DNA of 63,825 bases, the filler included, from Rhabdomonas costata (taxonomy: Eukaryota), in NCBI GenBank assembly GCA_019059605.1. It is 27 parts of 27 records of this genome, joined end to end, with 100 filler letters (N's around TTAATTAATTAA, not from the genome) between each part and the next. Parts side by side here need not be neighbours in the genome. Positions count along the whole stretch, not along the records: positions 37,889 to 40,150 come from JAHMHO010004400.1; positions 40,251 to 42,518 come from JAHMHO010004401.1; positions 42,619 to 44,885 come from JAHMHO010004402.1; positions 44,986 to 47,252 come from JAHMHO010004403.1; positions 47,353 to 49,631 come from JAHMHO010004404.1; 22 more parts are not named here. One strand, given 5' to 3'. The position numbers and the translations under genes were made by a program. The notes under the pieces were generated by a model. That model saw only the letters and a list, made by a program, of their open reading frames with translations, was not told the DNA's origin and ran no database searches. Positions within the stretch are counted from its first letter, which is position 1, and every line of letters begins with the position of its first letter. This document shows positions 37,950 to 49,243 of the stretch, one piece after another.

Positions 37950-39300
37950 CCAAGCCTCGCCTCCTTGAGAGTACGCGCTGCTGAGCTGCCGCCACAGCCC
38001 TACGAAAGGCAGGCCTGGACTAATTCCGGACAATGTTCCGGTCGCTGCCGACACCTTCGGAGCTTACGGCCAGAAGGCGAGCATTTTTTTCATTCATGGT
38101 GCAGCTGCTCTCTCGCTACGCGAAGCGTTTCTCTGGCGACAGTGAGAGCAGCTTTCCAGGGCAGGCTCAACGTGAATGCTGGCAAAGGGTGGCTGCCCTG
38201 CGGGGGGTGTCGGACTTGCTGTGCCGCTTCCGCCTTTTCTACAGCAGTATGGCGCGTCTCCGAGGGGCGGGATTCAAGGTGTGAAGGAGCGCTGAGTCAT
38301 CGGCCGCATCGCGTCCCCTGGACCAGTTCGAGATGAGTAGGTCATGCATCAACCTCGGTATCCACCAGGAGCCCGGTGTTCTCGGTTATGAGGTCAGCGC
38401 AAAAACTGTTGTTCCGCTTCCACGCACCCGCCTTCGGGCACGATACCAAGTGTTCGCCGAATACGTCGAGTGTATGTCCGCTTTAGTCCAGGGAGATCCC
38501 GCCGCGGCACCGTGGAGGTCCCAGGTGGAAGTGTGAGAGCAGAAGAAATTCCCCTTTGTCACACTGGAAACCAAGGTTAGTGTTCGGTACGAGTGGTGGC
38601 TTACACTCTTCAACCTCACCTTGCCGCGAAGCGTCGCGGTTTGAAGAAGCTCCTTATGGAGTTAGAGATGACCCTGTTCCGACCATAGCTGCTGCGAGTA
38701 TAGCTGGTTCTTGATGATTTGCAAGCTGGACGGAAATGTGTGCTGCGCCAACCACTGTGAGTGGTCGGAAGTTTCTAATTGGCTGCGAAGATCTCCGGCG
38801 GCTGCCCATAGCTGTTCAGTGGCAGGGGCTGTTTCACCCTCGGGAGAGAAGGCACCGGCGTGCTCGGCCAGAGCGGAGGAGATGTACGCCGCAGCGTGAA
38901 CGAGTTTTGGATTCCGAACGCCGAAGCCTCCGAGGAGGTAAGTCTGAAACCACGCGCGATCAGCAAGACAGCTGCCCAGGATGCAGTCGAGGGTGAGGCG
39001 AAGGTCCTGCTCCGTGCTGTCTGCAACATATCTAGCAAGAGGGCTCCACAAAACCACAAAACGCGAAGCAGGTGGTTTATCTTCTGGGAACCCACTCAAT
39101 ATCTCAACAAGGAGAGAGCTGACTGATGGTCAGGGAACTTTGCCAAGCGCTGGAGAAGGGCCTGGTGCTTCGACCGGACCTCTCCGAGGCTGGGCTATCG
39201 CTGCATCTGAACCGCCGCCGAGTTTCTCCGCCCACTTGATGTACATGGGACCACCTGCTGGGCTTTCGGCTCATTGTGGGGTGTGTCACAATCAGTTACG
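37950..39300 (-). mobile_element. Decayed CRE/SLACS-like non-LTR retrotransposon, 3' half (RT thumb, Zn knuckle, restriction-like endonuclease)
   Basis: LAKFPDHQSALSLLRY*VGSQKINHLLR; ADRAWFQTYLLGGFGVRNPKLVHAAAYISS; TLDVFGEHLVSCPKAGAWKRNN; DLLISNWSRGRDAADD. Stops and frameshifts present; no introns. Confidence 0.75.
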
Positions 39301-40256
39301 CGACCTCCTGTTGGACAATCTGCTCATCTCAGAGTTTCGCGACGAGAAGGAAGTCGGCATCGAAAATTTGGAGCCCCACTGACGTTCCATCACTGGAAAA
39401 GAGGAGTTCGAAGATGAAGGACTGCAGCAGCCCCTGTTAACAACATCGCAGGAACTGTGCTGCCCCCACCATTCACTGTACGATGACGAGGAATCTAACA
39501 TTTTTTTGTGCCAGAGATTTTGCCCCTTTTGGGTTGTGTGACCTACTGCCCGAAGAGCCTTTGTTATGAGCGTATGTGCCTGTTCCGCAGTGCAGTGACA
39601 TTTCTATTACTTAAGGCCGAAACAAAAGAAAAGTGATCTTAAAATTGAAAGCTTATTATGCATTTAGTGGAATCCTAATAGGTGCTCGGTTTTTGTTGTA
39701 TTGCATAATGAGTCTTCTCTTGGGGAGCATAATTAGAGCCTTGGAGGTTCCATCCTTGTTTATTTACATTTGTGGCATTGAGTGAGCTCGCAGTGACCTG
39801 CGACGACCAAGCAAACTTTCAAAAAAGCCCTTATGTCATATTCAACAAACTTGAAATTATAAGTGTATAAGTGTATCAAATCCTTATTTTCGTTCTCTTC
39901 GCTCTCCTCGTAACGAGAGCTGACAAGAAGCTGAACAAGGTGAATAGGGGTGACTGTGGGCAGCTTGGCGTAGCAACCTTGCAAAGCTTCTTTAATAGCG
40001 TCACGAAGGTTTGGATTGGAGGAAAGTGCCCAGATGAGATGTGTGGTCTCCGATTCCGCACCATGCGGGTTGTATGCGTGAGAGACCGGCCTCGGATCCT
40101 GCCGGAATGTTGACTAACGCATTAAATCGTGTTTCCAGACTCTCTTCACANNNNNNNNNNNNNNNNNNNNNNNNNNNNNNNNNNNNNNNNNNNNTTAATT
40201 AATTAANNNNNNNNNNNNNNNNNNNNNNNNNNNNNNNNNNNNNNNNNNNNTTGTGG

Positions 40257-40385
40257 TTTGGCTCTCGGTTAGCTATCTGCCGCGGGTAATAAGCCCGCCC
40301 GATTCCTTTAGGTTTGCCAGTCTGTCCCTCCCAAAGGAAAATGCAGGGCTTATTACCCGCGGCAGATAGCTAACCGAGAGCCAAA
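40257..40385. repeat. Perfect 40-bp inverted repeat with a 49-nt spacer at a contig start
   Basis: 40257-40296 is the exact reverse complement of 40346-40385. Confidence 0.95.
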
Positions 40386-42618
40386 GCATTCAAACTGTGA
40401 CTTCACCTAAAACATGTTGCAGCCTCGATGTTCAAAACGACACGCATGCACGCAGAAAAACTGCCGAGAACAGCATAGGCAAGGCTCCTAGGGCATGGAA
40501 AGTGCCGAAGTGCTCGAACTGCGATGTAAGAGAATACACTGGAGAGGAGGTGGGGTCTCTGACCTCTGCAGAGACCGACTTGACCAGAAGGAAGTCACAT
40601 TTACGGTCGTTGCAGGTGTACCAGGCGCACTCTGCCGGAGGACTCCCATTTCCCCTTAGAGATAAAAGTTCTCGCCAGCGTCACTTGATCTCGTTTCCCC
40701 GTCCCGCCGCCCTATCTCCACCACTATATCAGGACCACTCCGGCCTCGGGCAACGAAGTCTCTCCTTGGGCTGAGGCAACGGAAGGCGATGGCCTCCCAG
40801 GATGAAAAAAGAGATGGCAAACCCCTGCACCTCTCCGCTACGCTACGGGTAATGTCCCGTCGCATATTGATGGTGGGCCTCGACCGCAGCTTAGTGACTT
40901 TGGTTCGGACCTCGTTCCTGAAACGCACGCACCGCTGCGGAAGTTCCCACGACTCTGCACTGGTGGATTTCTCAAGGAGACGACAGCAGCGAATGGAAAA
41001 GTGGGATTCGGTAGCTGACGTCGTCCCTGCTGATCGCTGTTCAGTGTGACCCACCCCGACGACTTTCTTCGGGTTATTTCCATCCCGTCAGCCGGCGTTT
41101 CAACGGATCCCACTTTTGGCTGGGTTTTTTCCAGGGGCACCCACGGCCTAGCGGCTCGTTCTTCCCGGGAGAACTCAAGGTCTCGCCTGACAAGGACTAG
41201 CAAGAACAAAGACCGCTACCTGGAGTTGGCCTCATCTGCATGAAAATATCGACGACAGGGCATCTCCCTTACTGCAGCCTTCTCCTGCTGAAGCGGAGAT
41301 AGATCTGTCCCACCTGATCAAATGAAGGACATGGGGTACGGGCCGCACTGCCTGGCCGCGGGGAATTCAAACCGTCGTCTCGTACCACCCGTCTCGGCCA
41401 TTCCACACCCTTGTCTTCCGGGCCTCCCGCCACTGGCGCATGGCTGAATGCACAGATCGTCTCGAGTCAAGTTGGCGATGGCGCTCATGCAAGGATGCGG
41501 CCAGAAAATGATCCGATGTTTTCACAAAAAGAACGCGGGTAAGGCGGTGGGGGCGACCCCTCGTGATGGTGAGGAGTTCTTTCTCTCTAACTCTCTCCGA
41601 GTTAGATCGGCTGGTGCGCCTCCCTATTCCTATCGATAGGCGGCTTTGCCGATTTCCTACAGTGTTCTACAGTGTCCTACAGTGCACATCTTCCTTCCTT
41701 TTAATTACCTGCCCGCTAGCGCTCCTTGCTTTGCGTTTCTTCATTGTGCTCGTCTTGCCAAGTTCTTGCCATGGAAATGCAACCCAGCTTCTGTGCATAG
41801 CGCCGCTCCTTATATGACGGACTTAGGTGGAATCTAGTCGGACTCTGCTCCTGAAATCACTGCAAACCGCCGTATCCGCCGCACCTGTTGCGCCTTCTCC
41901 ACCTGAAAACAGCAAACAGCAACAAGTTCAACGGTCCCCCAGAGTTCGGTAGGTGGATCTGTTCTGGGGTGGGGAGGGGAAGAATTGCATAAACCCATGA
42001 GACCGACCGAAGCTCCTCGTGCCTTTCTTATAGTACAACTGAACAAAAGGCAGCGAAGACCGTCCTTGCACCGCTTAGCGATGACCCTTAATTGTGCGTC
42101 TTTTGTACGACTTGTTTTTTTATTACGACATTAATTTCCAAGCCTGTCCAGGTTATTTATTTCCAGAAACCAAGGGGAGGTTCGCCTTTTCCTTTGCGCA
42201 TCGAGGCAATGTCGCTCCCCTATTACGACTGGTTTTTTTGTGCCTCTTTACTCCGCAACTGGGAACTTCTTCACCGCAAAAGTCTTGGTCTTTGTCAATC
42301 TCCTCTTTTATTTTGTCGCACCTCGCACGTTTCCTCCTTGCCCTCTGAATGGTGTTGCCTTTATCCACTTACTCCCCTCAAAAAAGTCTGCATTAGTGTC
42401 GTGTCAGCCATTCCAACAACTTTCGCTTACTTACCAATGATTAGTTCTAGCTAAATCCTGTGCCCTATCATCATCAGTTGCAGCCCATCGTATGCCGTAC
42501 ACACACCGGCGTTAGATCNNNNNNNNNNNNNNNNNNNNNNNNNNNNNNNNNNNNNNNNNNNNTTAATTAATTAANNNNNNNNNNNNNNNNNNNNNNNNNN
42601 NNNNNNNNNNNNNNNNNN

Positions 42619-42838
42619 GCTTGTACGGACTCATCGAGGCTGACGAGACCGCCATTGGCAAGCGCAAGTACAACAAAGGTCGACGACACCGCAAAGATGG
42701 CGTAGCTTGGCTGCAGACAATCTTGGAGGTCGACGAGTCCATTGGTGCAAGAGTGGCTAAGAGACTAAGGGCTGACGTGGTTCCTGGTCGCTCCTTCGTC
42801 ACCCTTGCTTCAAATATACAGAAACATGTTGAAACTGT
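42619..42838 (+). mobile_element. Merlin/IS1595 (ISXO2-like) DDE transposase fragment
   Basis: IEADETAIGKRKYNKGR...W...VVPGRSFVTLASNIQKHV matches the family pattern ExDE...KRKYxxG...VPxRxxxTLxxxI. It stops before the second catalytic Asp. Confidence 0.85.
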
Positions 42839-42839
42839 G

Positions 42840-43677
42840 TGTGAAACTGTCAACGGTTATCTTTCGAACAAACTGAGAGGCAGTGAACGAGTGTTTGCGA
42901 ACGGAGACACGAGCGTCTACAAAATTGAGAACACATACGCACTTCAAAGACGGCATCTTGGCAGGCGCGTGGCACTGACCAATATCCGAGCTATCTATGA
43001 ACAACTCGAAAATTCCAGACTCTGGATCATCCGAACGTTGTTCGTACAGTTTGTTTCTGGAGAGAACAAGAAGATCGCTTCTGTGTGTACGTGAAAACGA
43101 ACTTTTTTGACATGGGACCGGCGTAATCGAAAGTGCCAACGCCACGATTCCCGAAGAAGTGGTGTGTTTCATTGTGGTTCAAATCCTTTGCGAACTGAAC
43201 TATCTTGATACACCAAACGTTGCACACACGAAGATCATCCCGGACAATGTTCTGGTTGATCGTTCAGGGCGAGTGGCACTGACAGTGCCACGTTATGATG
43301 TGCCAATGGACACACGAAAATTATCATTGTTCTGTGGGGAACATGGCGCCGTACTACAAATCGCCTGAACACGTTGAAGGAAACTTTGACATCCACAAAA
43401 ACAATATCTGATCAGTCGGCCTGATGGTGATCACGATTGCGATCAGGAAACTTTCCATTTGTTAACGAAAACACAAAGGTGTTTCAGTTCGTTACAACTG
43501 TGCGCAATAAGCATTACAGACTGCCAGAAACAGTCAAAAGAACACGTTTCGCCGGACTTGTTGGCCATTGGCAACAAGTGTTTAGGTCAAGAACCAGAAA
43601 AACGACCGAGCGCAGTTGAACTGATGGCAGATCTGCACGATCGTGCAACTTCGCAGGAGGACGTTGCGTCGTTTTGA
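42840..43677 (+). pseudogene. Intronless degenerate protein kinase, MAP2K/STE-like
   Basis: TIPEEVVCFIVVQILCELNYLDTPNVAHTKIIPDNVLVDRSGRVAL; YYKSPEHVEG...NI*SVGLMVITIA; SGNFPF; KCLGQEPEKRPSAVELM. The HRD and DFG motifs are lost; stops and frameshifts are present. Confidence 0.75.
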
Positions 43678-43821
43678 CCGAACATTGTTTGTGAAAATGA
43701 CGCTGAATATGAAATTTTTTCGTGAGTTTCAAACAATTTAAAATAATTATGAACATCTTTGTTCTCAAAAAATAAATAATTTTTTTCACGTATTATTGTT
43801 GTGCCTTACATTTATATACAA

Positions 43822-43829
43822 AAAATTGA
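43822..43829 (+). promoter_or_regulatory. AAAATTGA motif ~90 nt upstream of the MAPK-like ATG; identical to the Mimiviridae early-promoter octamer
   Basis: The motif is seen directly in the AT-rich spacer, and the ATG at 43918 has CAAAATG context. It could be a chance match in AT-rich DNA. Confidence 0.3.
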
Positions 43830-43917
43830 TTTTTATGATGCAAAGTCTATAATAAAAATACACACTCACTTTCAGCCAGCACAACACACGTATCACATTT
43901 CGCTGTTTTGCTACAAA

Positions 43918-44843
43918 ATGGATCTTTTTGCAACAGTGGGTTACCTCCAAAGGCTTGGGCCACATATGGTGCCCGTGGTGTCACTGGTAACTTGATTAAT
44001 GTGATGCACTTTACGACAAGCAAGAACAATGCGTTCAAAAAGATTCGAGCATTGGAGATAATGGTTCATCTCCTTGGACATCCCAACATTTACTTCGCGT
44101 ACGATGTTATGTGGGACCCCACACACACGAACCCGATCAATATCTGATTTATCAACTTCAAATTTACATTCACCGAGCAGGACTTGTTCATGGAGGCATC
44201 CAACCACCACACATTTATGTTGATCAAGCAGAGTGCAGTCTGAAGCTTGGAGGTTTTCAGACTGTGTCGACCTTGGCCTCCTCGAGAAATGTTTGCTACA
44301 GCTACATGGCAAAACTTGGACAACCGTTCGGTGATGATCACTCACCAACATCTGCTGATGACGTGCGGGTATGTGGTTGCATTTGTGCTCAGTTCTGGAA
44401 CAAGAGCGATACGTACCGCCCTTTGTTTGCCAGTTGCTCTTGCCTGGAGCATGCAAAACTAGTGACTCTTTTGGGGATGCCACTTAACAACGATCAGCGT
44501 GTCTTTTTATGTGAAGCTGTGTAATTGTGTAATGCATTTATGTGAAGTTGTGTAATGCATCAGCAGGTGATCTGTCTTTCCTCCACTTGCCAAACGGCCA
44601 GCCATCCCCACAAAACAGCGCATTCTTGATTCAAATGTTGGAGCTGGTGAACAGCGACCATCTCTGGTAAATTTGATGAGCAATCCTTATAACGCTAGGT
44701 TTTCAAACCACCTGACGTGGGTCCTGATATTTCTCCTGAACGACTTCAAGAACCAGCTGACATTCCTAGTAATGTGAAAACTGATATTTTCTTTCCAGAG
44801 AGTCCTTTCTTCGCAAAGAAAACTGGCCGCGCAAAAATGTACT
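43918..44843 (+). pseudogene. Intronless degenerate MAPK-like kinase
   Basis: LG.TYGARGV; NAFKKIRALEIMVHLLGHPNI; QYLIYQLQIYIHRAGLVHGGIQPPHIYVDQAECSLKLGGF; DVRVCGCICAQ...RPLF...LVTLLG; QRPSLVNLMSNPY. Frameshifts and an internal duplication at ~44508-44560. Confidence 0.75.
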
Positions 44844-47124
44844 AGAAAGTCAAGTTTGTTAAACAAACAACGTTTAACAACAACCNNNNNNNNNNNNNNN
44901 NNNNNNNNNNNNNNNNNNNNNNNNNNNNNTTAATTAATTAANNNNNNNNNNNNNNNNNNNNNNNNNNNNNNNNNNNNNNNNNNNNGGGTGTGTTGTCCAA
45001 CAGTTCTCTCACTCATTGGAATTGTATGGAAGACATCCATACGTCCACTTCGAGTCACCTATTGGTTCTCACCTTTTGCAGCGTGTCCGCCGAACTCCCC
45101 ATCACTTCACTATTTTGGCACACCACTCAGCTGGCAAAGCTCCTGCGCAGCCGCGCTGAGGCGGAGGCCACGGCCCAAGCCTAGCAGCCCGCTTCTCACC
45201 CTCTTCAGCCCCACCAGAGGGAAGGAGTACGCAATGTGTGTGTGGGTGCTATTAATACCGTTTCCCGGCCAGTTGGTGTGTGTAGCCCTGTGATATCCAC
45301 AATAATTTATATCGCTGGAAAGAGAATCTGCCAGTAAGGATGGTTTGGGGAATCGTACCTTGCAACATTGCCAATATCAGTGATCACTTGCCCCACCCTT
45401 GGCGGTGTTTGGTAAGTCGTTCTCATAAGGGGGTCCGTATAGCACATACGCATGGTTTGCTTGCGAGCCCGTGTTTTAGCCTGAACCTATCACAGCCATA
45501 TAACATCAACGTATCATTCATCGCATCTAGAGCGGCGTTTTTACATGATGTCATGTAAATAAGGCTTCCTGGGACTGGAAAATCATGATCAACCTCCACC
45601 ACACGCTAAAACTGTTGTACCGCGGTCGCAAGCGGGCACACCGTGATCCCGATTGGAAAATTTGTTGCGTTACAGGGCAGTAACGAATCGTAACAACGTC
45701 ACAAAGACCACAAACATTTTGCAAAGATGGTCCAAAAACGAAGAATTCAGGCCATTTTGTTAACTATGGTGCACAGTCGAACGGTAATAAAAAAAATAAA
45801 AAAAATTGAGAAGGGACACTGTTGAGGCAGCGCGGAGTTCTGGCAAACAGGTCCACCACATGGTACCTGGGAGAGGTGGGTCTTTATTGGCAAACCATAT
45901 CGGAGTTTTCTGTGTCACTGTGGCTTTGTATTGCATCTCTCCCAATCCCTCCTTGCCTTGGGTTTTTTTTTGTGTGTGTTGATTTACACGGTGTCTGGCT
46001 TTCGCCATTTTTGTGGTTTCATGTTGCTTTTGTTTCTTCCGAAAATGACCGTTGCAGTTCCGTCTTGTCCGATTAATTTCATTGTTGTTAATAAAGCTTG
46101 AAGCGCCACAGGCAGCCCTCCGAGATATGGACCCTTCAACTTCCCATTTTGGCCCTTAAAGGGCGTTTTCGACTTCGCAGACTTTCAAGGGCCTCGGGTG
46201 CACTTTTCGGACCTTTGCAGGCCTGCGTACTGAGCCTAAGCTTTCGGCCAGGCCTGTTTAGCATACCTAAGGGTAGAGCCCAGGGAACTTCGTGCACCGG
46301 AGTGGGCCGCAATGCTTGCGATTCCGCTACGCCCTTTAACCAACCAAAATACGACGACCTATCGTGTGTGGAGGGAGTCCCTAAAATGCACCGATAGGAG
46401 GGGTCCTCATAATTATGTCATAAAACCTGAATGAGGTTTTGTTCTTGCTTTTGTGCTGTTTGCGTATTTTGCTGCTTATATTGGGTTGTCTTTCCAAACT
46501 TGGCAGACCCGCCAGCGAGTTTTCACCAATCAGGTTTCAAAAAGGAATCGCAAGCATTTCCCCGACTTCGATGCGGACCTTACGGGGAGGCTTTCTTTTT
46601 AAAACGCTTACCCGCTAGCTGTCTTGAAATTAATCGTGGCCTCCAAAAAAGCAGCCAAACTTATGGAAAGCCGCAACCGCCGAAAGAACGGAGACGGTGG
46701 AATAAAACGACCACCACCATTAGCAAGCTCATTATTATGTTTTACAGGACAAGTTTTAGAAAGCTGTGCTCCCATGTTTCAAAAAGTGATACCTGGTACT
46801 CCCACACAGAGCTGCGCTTTCTCGACTTATTCCTCTGCTACCAGGTGTCACACTCCAAATGCTGCGGGGACCTACCTCTTTGGGTGCTCGTGCCTCTGGA
46901 TCCCACTTGAGTTGGCTGTATCCCGACCTTGCTTGCACAAGGTGGGCGCTGTCTCAGCTTACGTAGGTGTCTTGGCACCTAGAACGGTGCGGAGGTCTCT
47001 TCCGTTCGTCCGTGGTCGCTCTGGCTCTCTGCTTGCTCTCTGCTTGCGTCGCCTTTCTGAAACGGTGGCGGGGGTGCCAACCACTTTCGATTTACCAAGC
47101 CGCTTCGGCGTAAATCTCTTACTG

Positions 47125-47252
47125 ATCACACTGAACGTGTAATCTGCCCTCTTGATATTGGCATAGGCTGAGGCTTTCTGCTTTTCTCTATCAAATGCCT
47201 CCCGCACCTTCTTCCAAATCGCCTTCATTCTCTTGACCTGGTACCTCACTAG
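47125..47252 (-). mobile_element. Ty3/gypsy integrase C-terminal remnant
   Basis: MKAIWKKVREAFDREKQKASAYANIKRADYTFSV resembles the post-core integrase motif (K.YA..KR.D..F.VG). Confidence 0.5.
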
Positions 47253-47587
47253 NNNNNNNNNNNNNNNNNNNNNNNNNNNNNNNNNNNNNNNNNNNNTTAA
47301 TTAATTAANNNNNNNNNNNNNNNNNNNNNNNNNNNNNNNNNNNNNNNNNNNNGGGTGTGGGGGTCTCCGCCTAGATATAGTCGGAGCAATGTTGAACTTT
47401 TACTGAAGGTCATGGCGTGAAAAGGAACCTTGCTTTTTTGTGTCACCCTTCATGTTCCAGCGCGCGGTCCGGGCCCATGGTTGCCAAAGGCGTGCGAATA
47501 AAAAAGCGCCCGCCTAATCCAAAGATTGCGGACTGTCCCTTTTGGGGCGGGCTCTATTTGGTTATCCCGGGAACCGTTTATCCATGT

Positions 47588-47589
<2 letters not shown>

Positions 47590-47631
<42 letters not shown>
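47590..47631. repeat. (CT)n microsatellite
   Basis: About 20 perfect units. Confidence 0.95.
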
Positions 47632-47634
<3 letters not shown>

Positions 47635-48932
47635 TGCATTGTGTCAGAACGCACGCTGAAAGGCGTTAACAACCCTAGCAATACAGCTAGAGCACGGCAG
47701 CATCGAGAACGGCTTGGGTGAATCTTTCGGCCAAGATGGCGCCTACCGTGCTTTCCCGGGTTTGTCTTGCGTTCCTCAAGCTTCGAGCTGCTACCATGCC
47801 CCGGTAAAGTGGAAGTAAGGTGGAAGTAGCACAAGAACACAACTTTGGAGACAAACGGAAGAGTATAACGATTTTGGTGGCTAAAAAATAAACCTCCAAA
47901 AACTACCGGTAAATAGGTGTGCGTGTGTTGATTTCGTCAGAAACGCATTCTGTAATTTGATTGCTAATCTTTCTTTTGGGGCCTCTCCCACAAATCCTCG
48001 AAGACGGTGTGCCGTTCACCCGCCGAGGTCCTAATCCGTCGCGGTTCAAGTACATGCTGTACCATCGACGGGACGATGCTGTCAGCGAAATTTGCTTGGT
48101 TTGTTTGGCAACTGCGGGGATGCTCCTCAACAGCACAGGTTGTCTATTTTTCTGCGGGCTCATACGTACACCTACCAACTTTCACTTGGAAAGGAGCAAA
48201 GGAAAGTGTACTTCTGCACAAAAAGAGGCAAATACGGCCATACAGGCGTCATCGTGCACAAGCCGAATACAAGCCCAGAAAAGCAAAAAGCAAAAGCAAT
48301 GTCCTCAGCAAAGCGACACCGTTGCTCGCGCAGCCACGCCCTTACACATGGGGAACTACCCCGCCAATCTCTACCACCTCGGGGCTCCACTGATGGGGAC
48401 TGTCAGTGGTAGCACAGCACCGCGGCAGAGGAATCTGCGGCGGGACACATGCCCTCAACTCAAGCGCAAACATGCACGCGACAGCAACAAGCAAAAACAA
48501 AATCTGTGTAAAGGGGAGGGGAACATTCTGGCACATGCGTACGGTGTACATTGCCTCATAGATGCATGAGCACAGACGTCCGCTCTTATATTCGTGCTGA
48601 GAAAGGGGTAAGGGCTGAAATAATCAGTACGCGAAAGTTGCGGGAGGGGGAAGCGACGACATCCGAAGGGCAGCAGCCTCCGTTTTTTCTTGCATCTCAT
48701 TTGGTAAACCCTTCCATCGACCAACAATGATCAAAAGCTGTACTGACCCAATAATTGCTCAGCCGACCTTACGGCAACGGAGCAGAGAAGTGCATTCACA
48801 AATCATTTTCGAGCAACTTTAGACCTGCAAATGCATTTATGAGTCGTCACAGTGATGCCACAGTGGTAGACTTGCAACATTCGTTGCTAACATGACCCGC
48901 GGCGCGACACTGGGGAGGGGAAAACATGAGAC

Positions 48933-49121
48933 CAGCAGTCCCTTCTCCTGCTCCTCCTCGGTGTACTCGAAGGGGCTGAACCGCACCACTCCGTTGAACG
49001 TGAACACCCCAAGAATCATCAAAAGGAACCCAAACAGCTCCAACCAGCTGAACGCCGCCCAGCGCTCACCCTTGCTGGGGTCCACCCAGTAGTGCGTGCA
49101 CAGCATGGTAACCCAGATCAC
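48933..49121 (-). CDS. SLC35F6-like drug/metabolite-family transporter, C-terminal transmembrane exon
   Basis: VIWVTMLCTHYWVDPSKGERWAAFSWLELFGFLLMILGVFTFNGVVRFSPF follows the acceptor CTTCAG and fits the IW...GE...SxLxLxGF...GxxxN pattern. Confidence 0.7.
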
Positions 49122-49162
49122 CTGAAGGGGTGAGAGATCGCTCGTCAGCAGCGGCCGCAGCG

Positions 49163-49243
49163 GTTGTTGTTGTGGTTGCTGTTGTGGTTGTGGTTGTGGT
49201 TGTGGTTGTGGTTGTGGTTGTGGTTGTGGTTGTGGTTGTGGTT
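49163..49243. repeat. (GTTGTG)n intronic microsatellite
   Basis: About 11 near-perfect hexamer units. Confidence 0.95.

Noticed and set aside
37889..40150. Spliced-leader RNA or 5S gene flanking the CRE-like element
   Set aside because: No euglenid-type SL exon or 5S sequence was recognised by eye.
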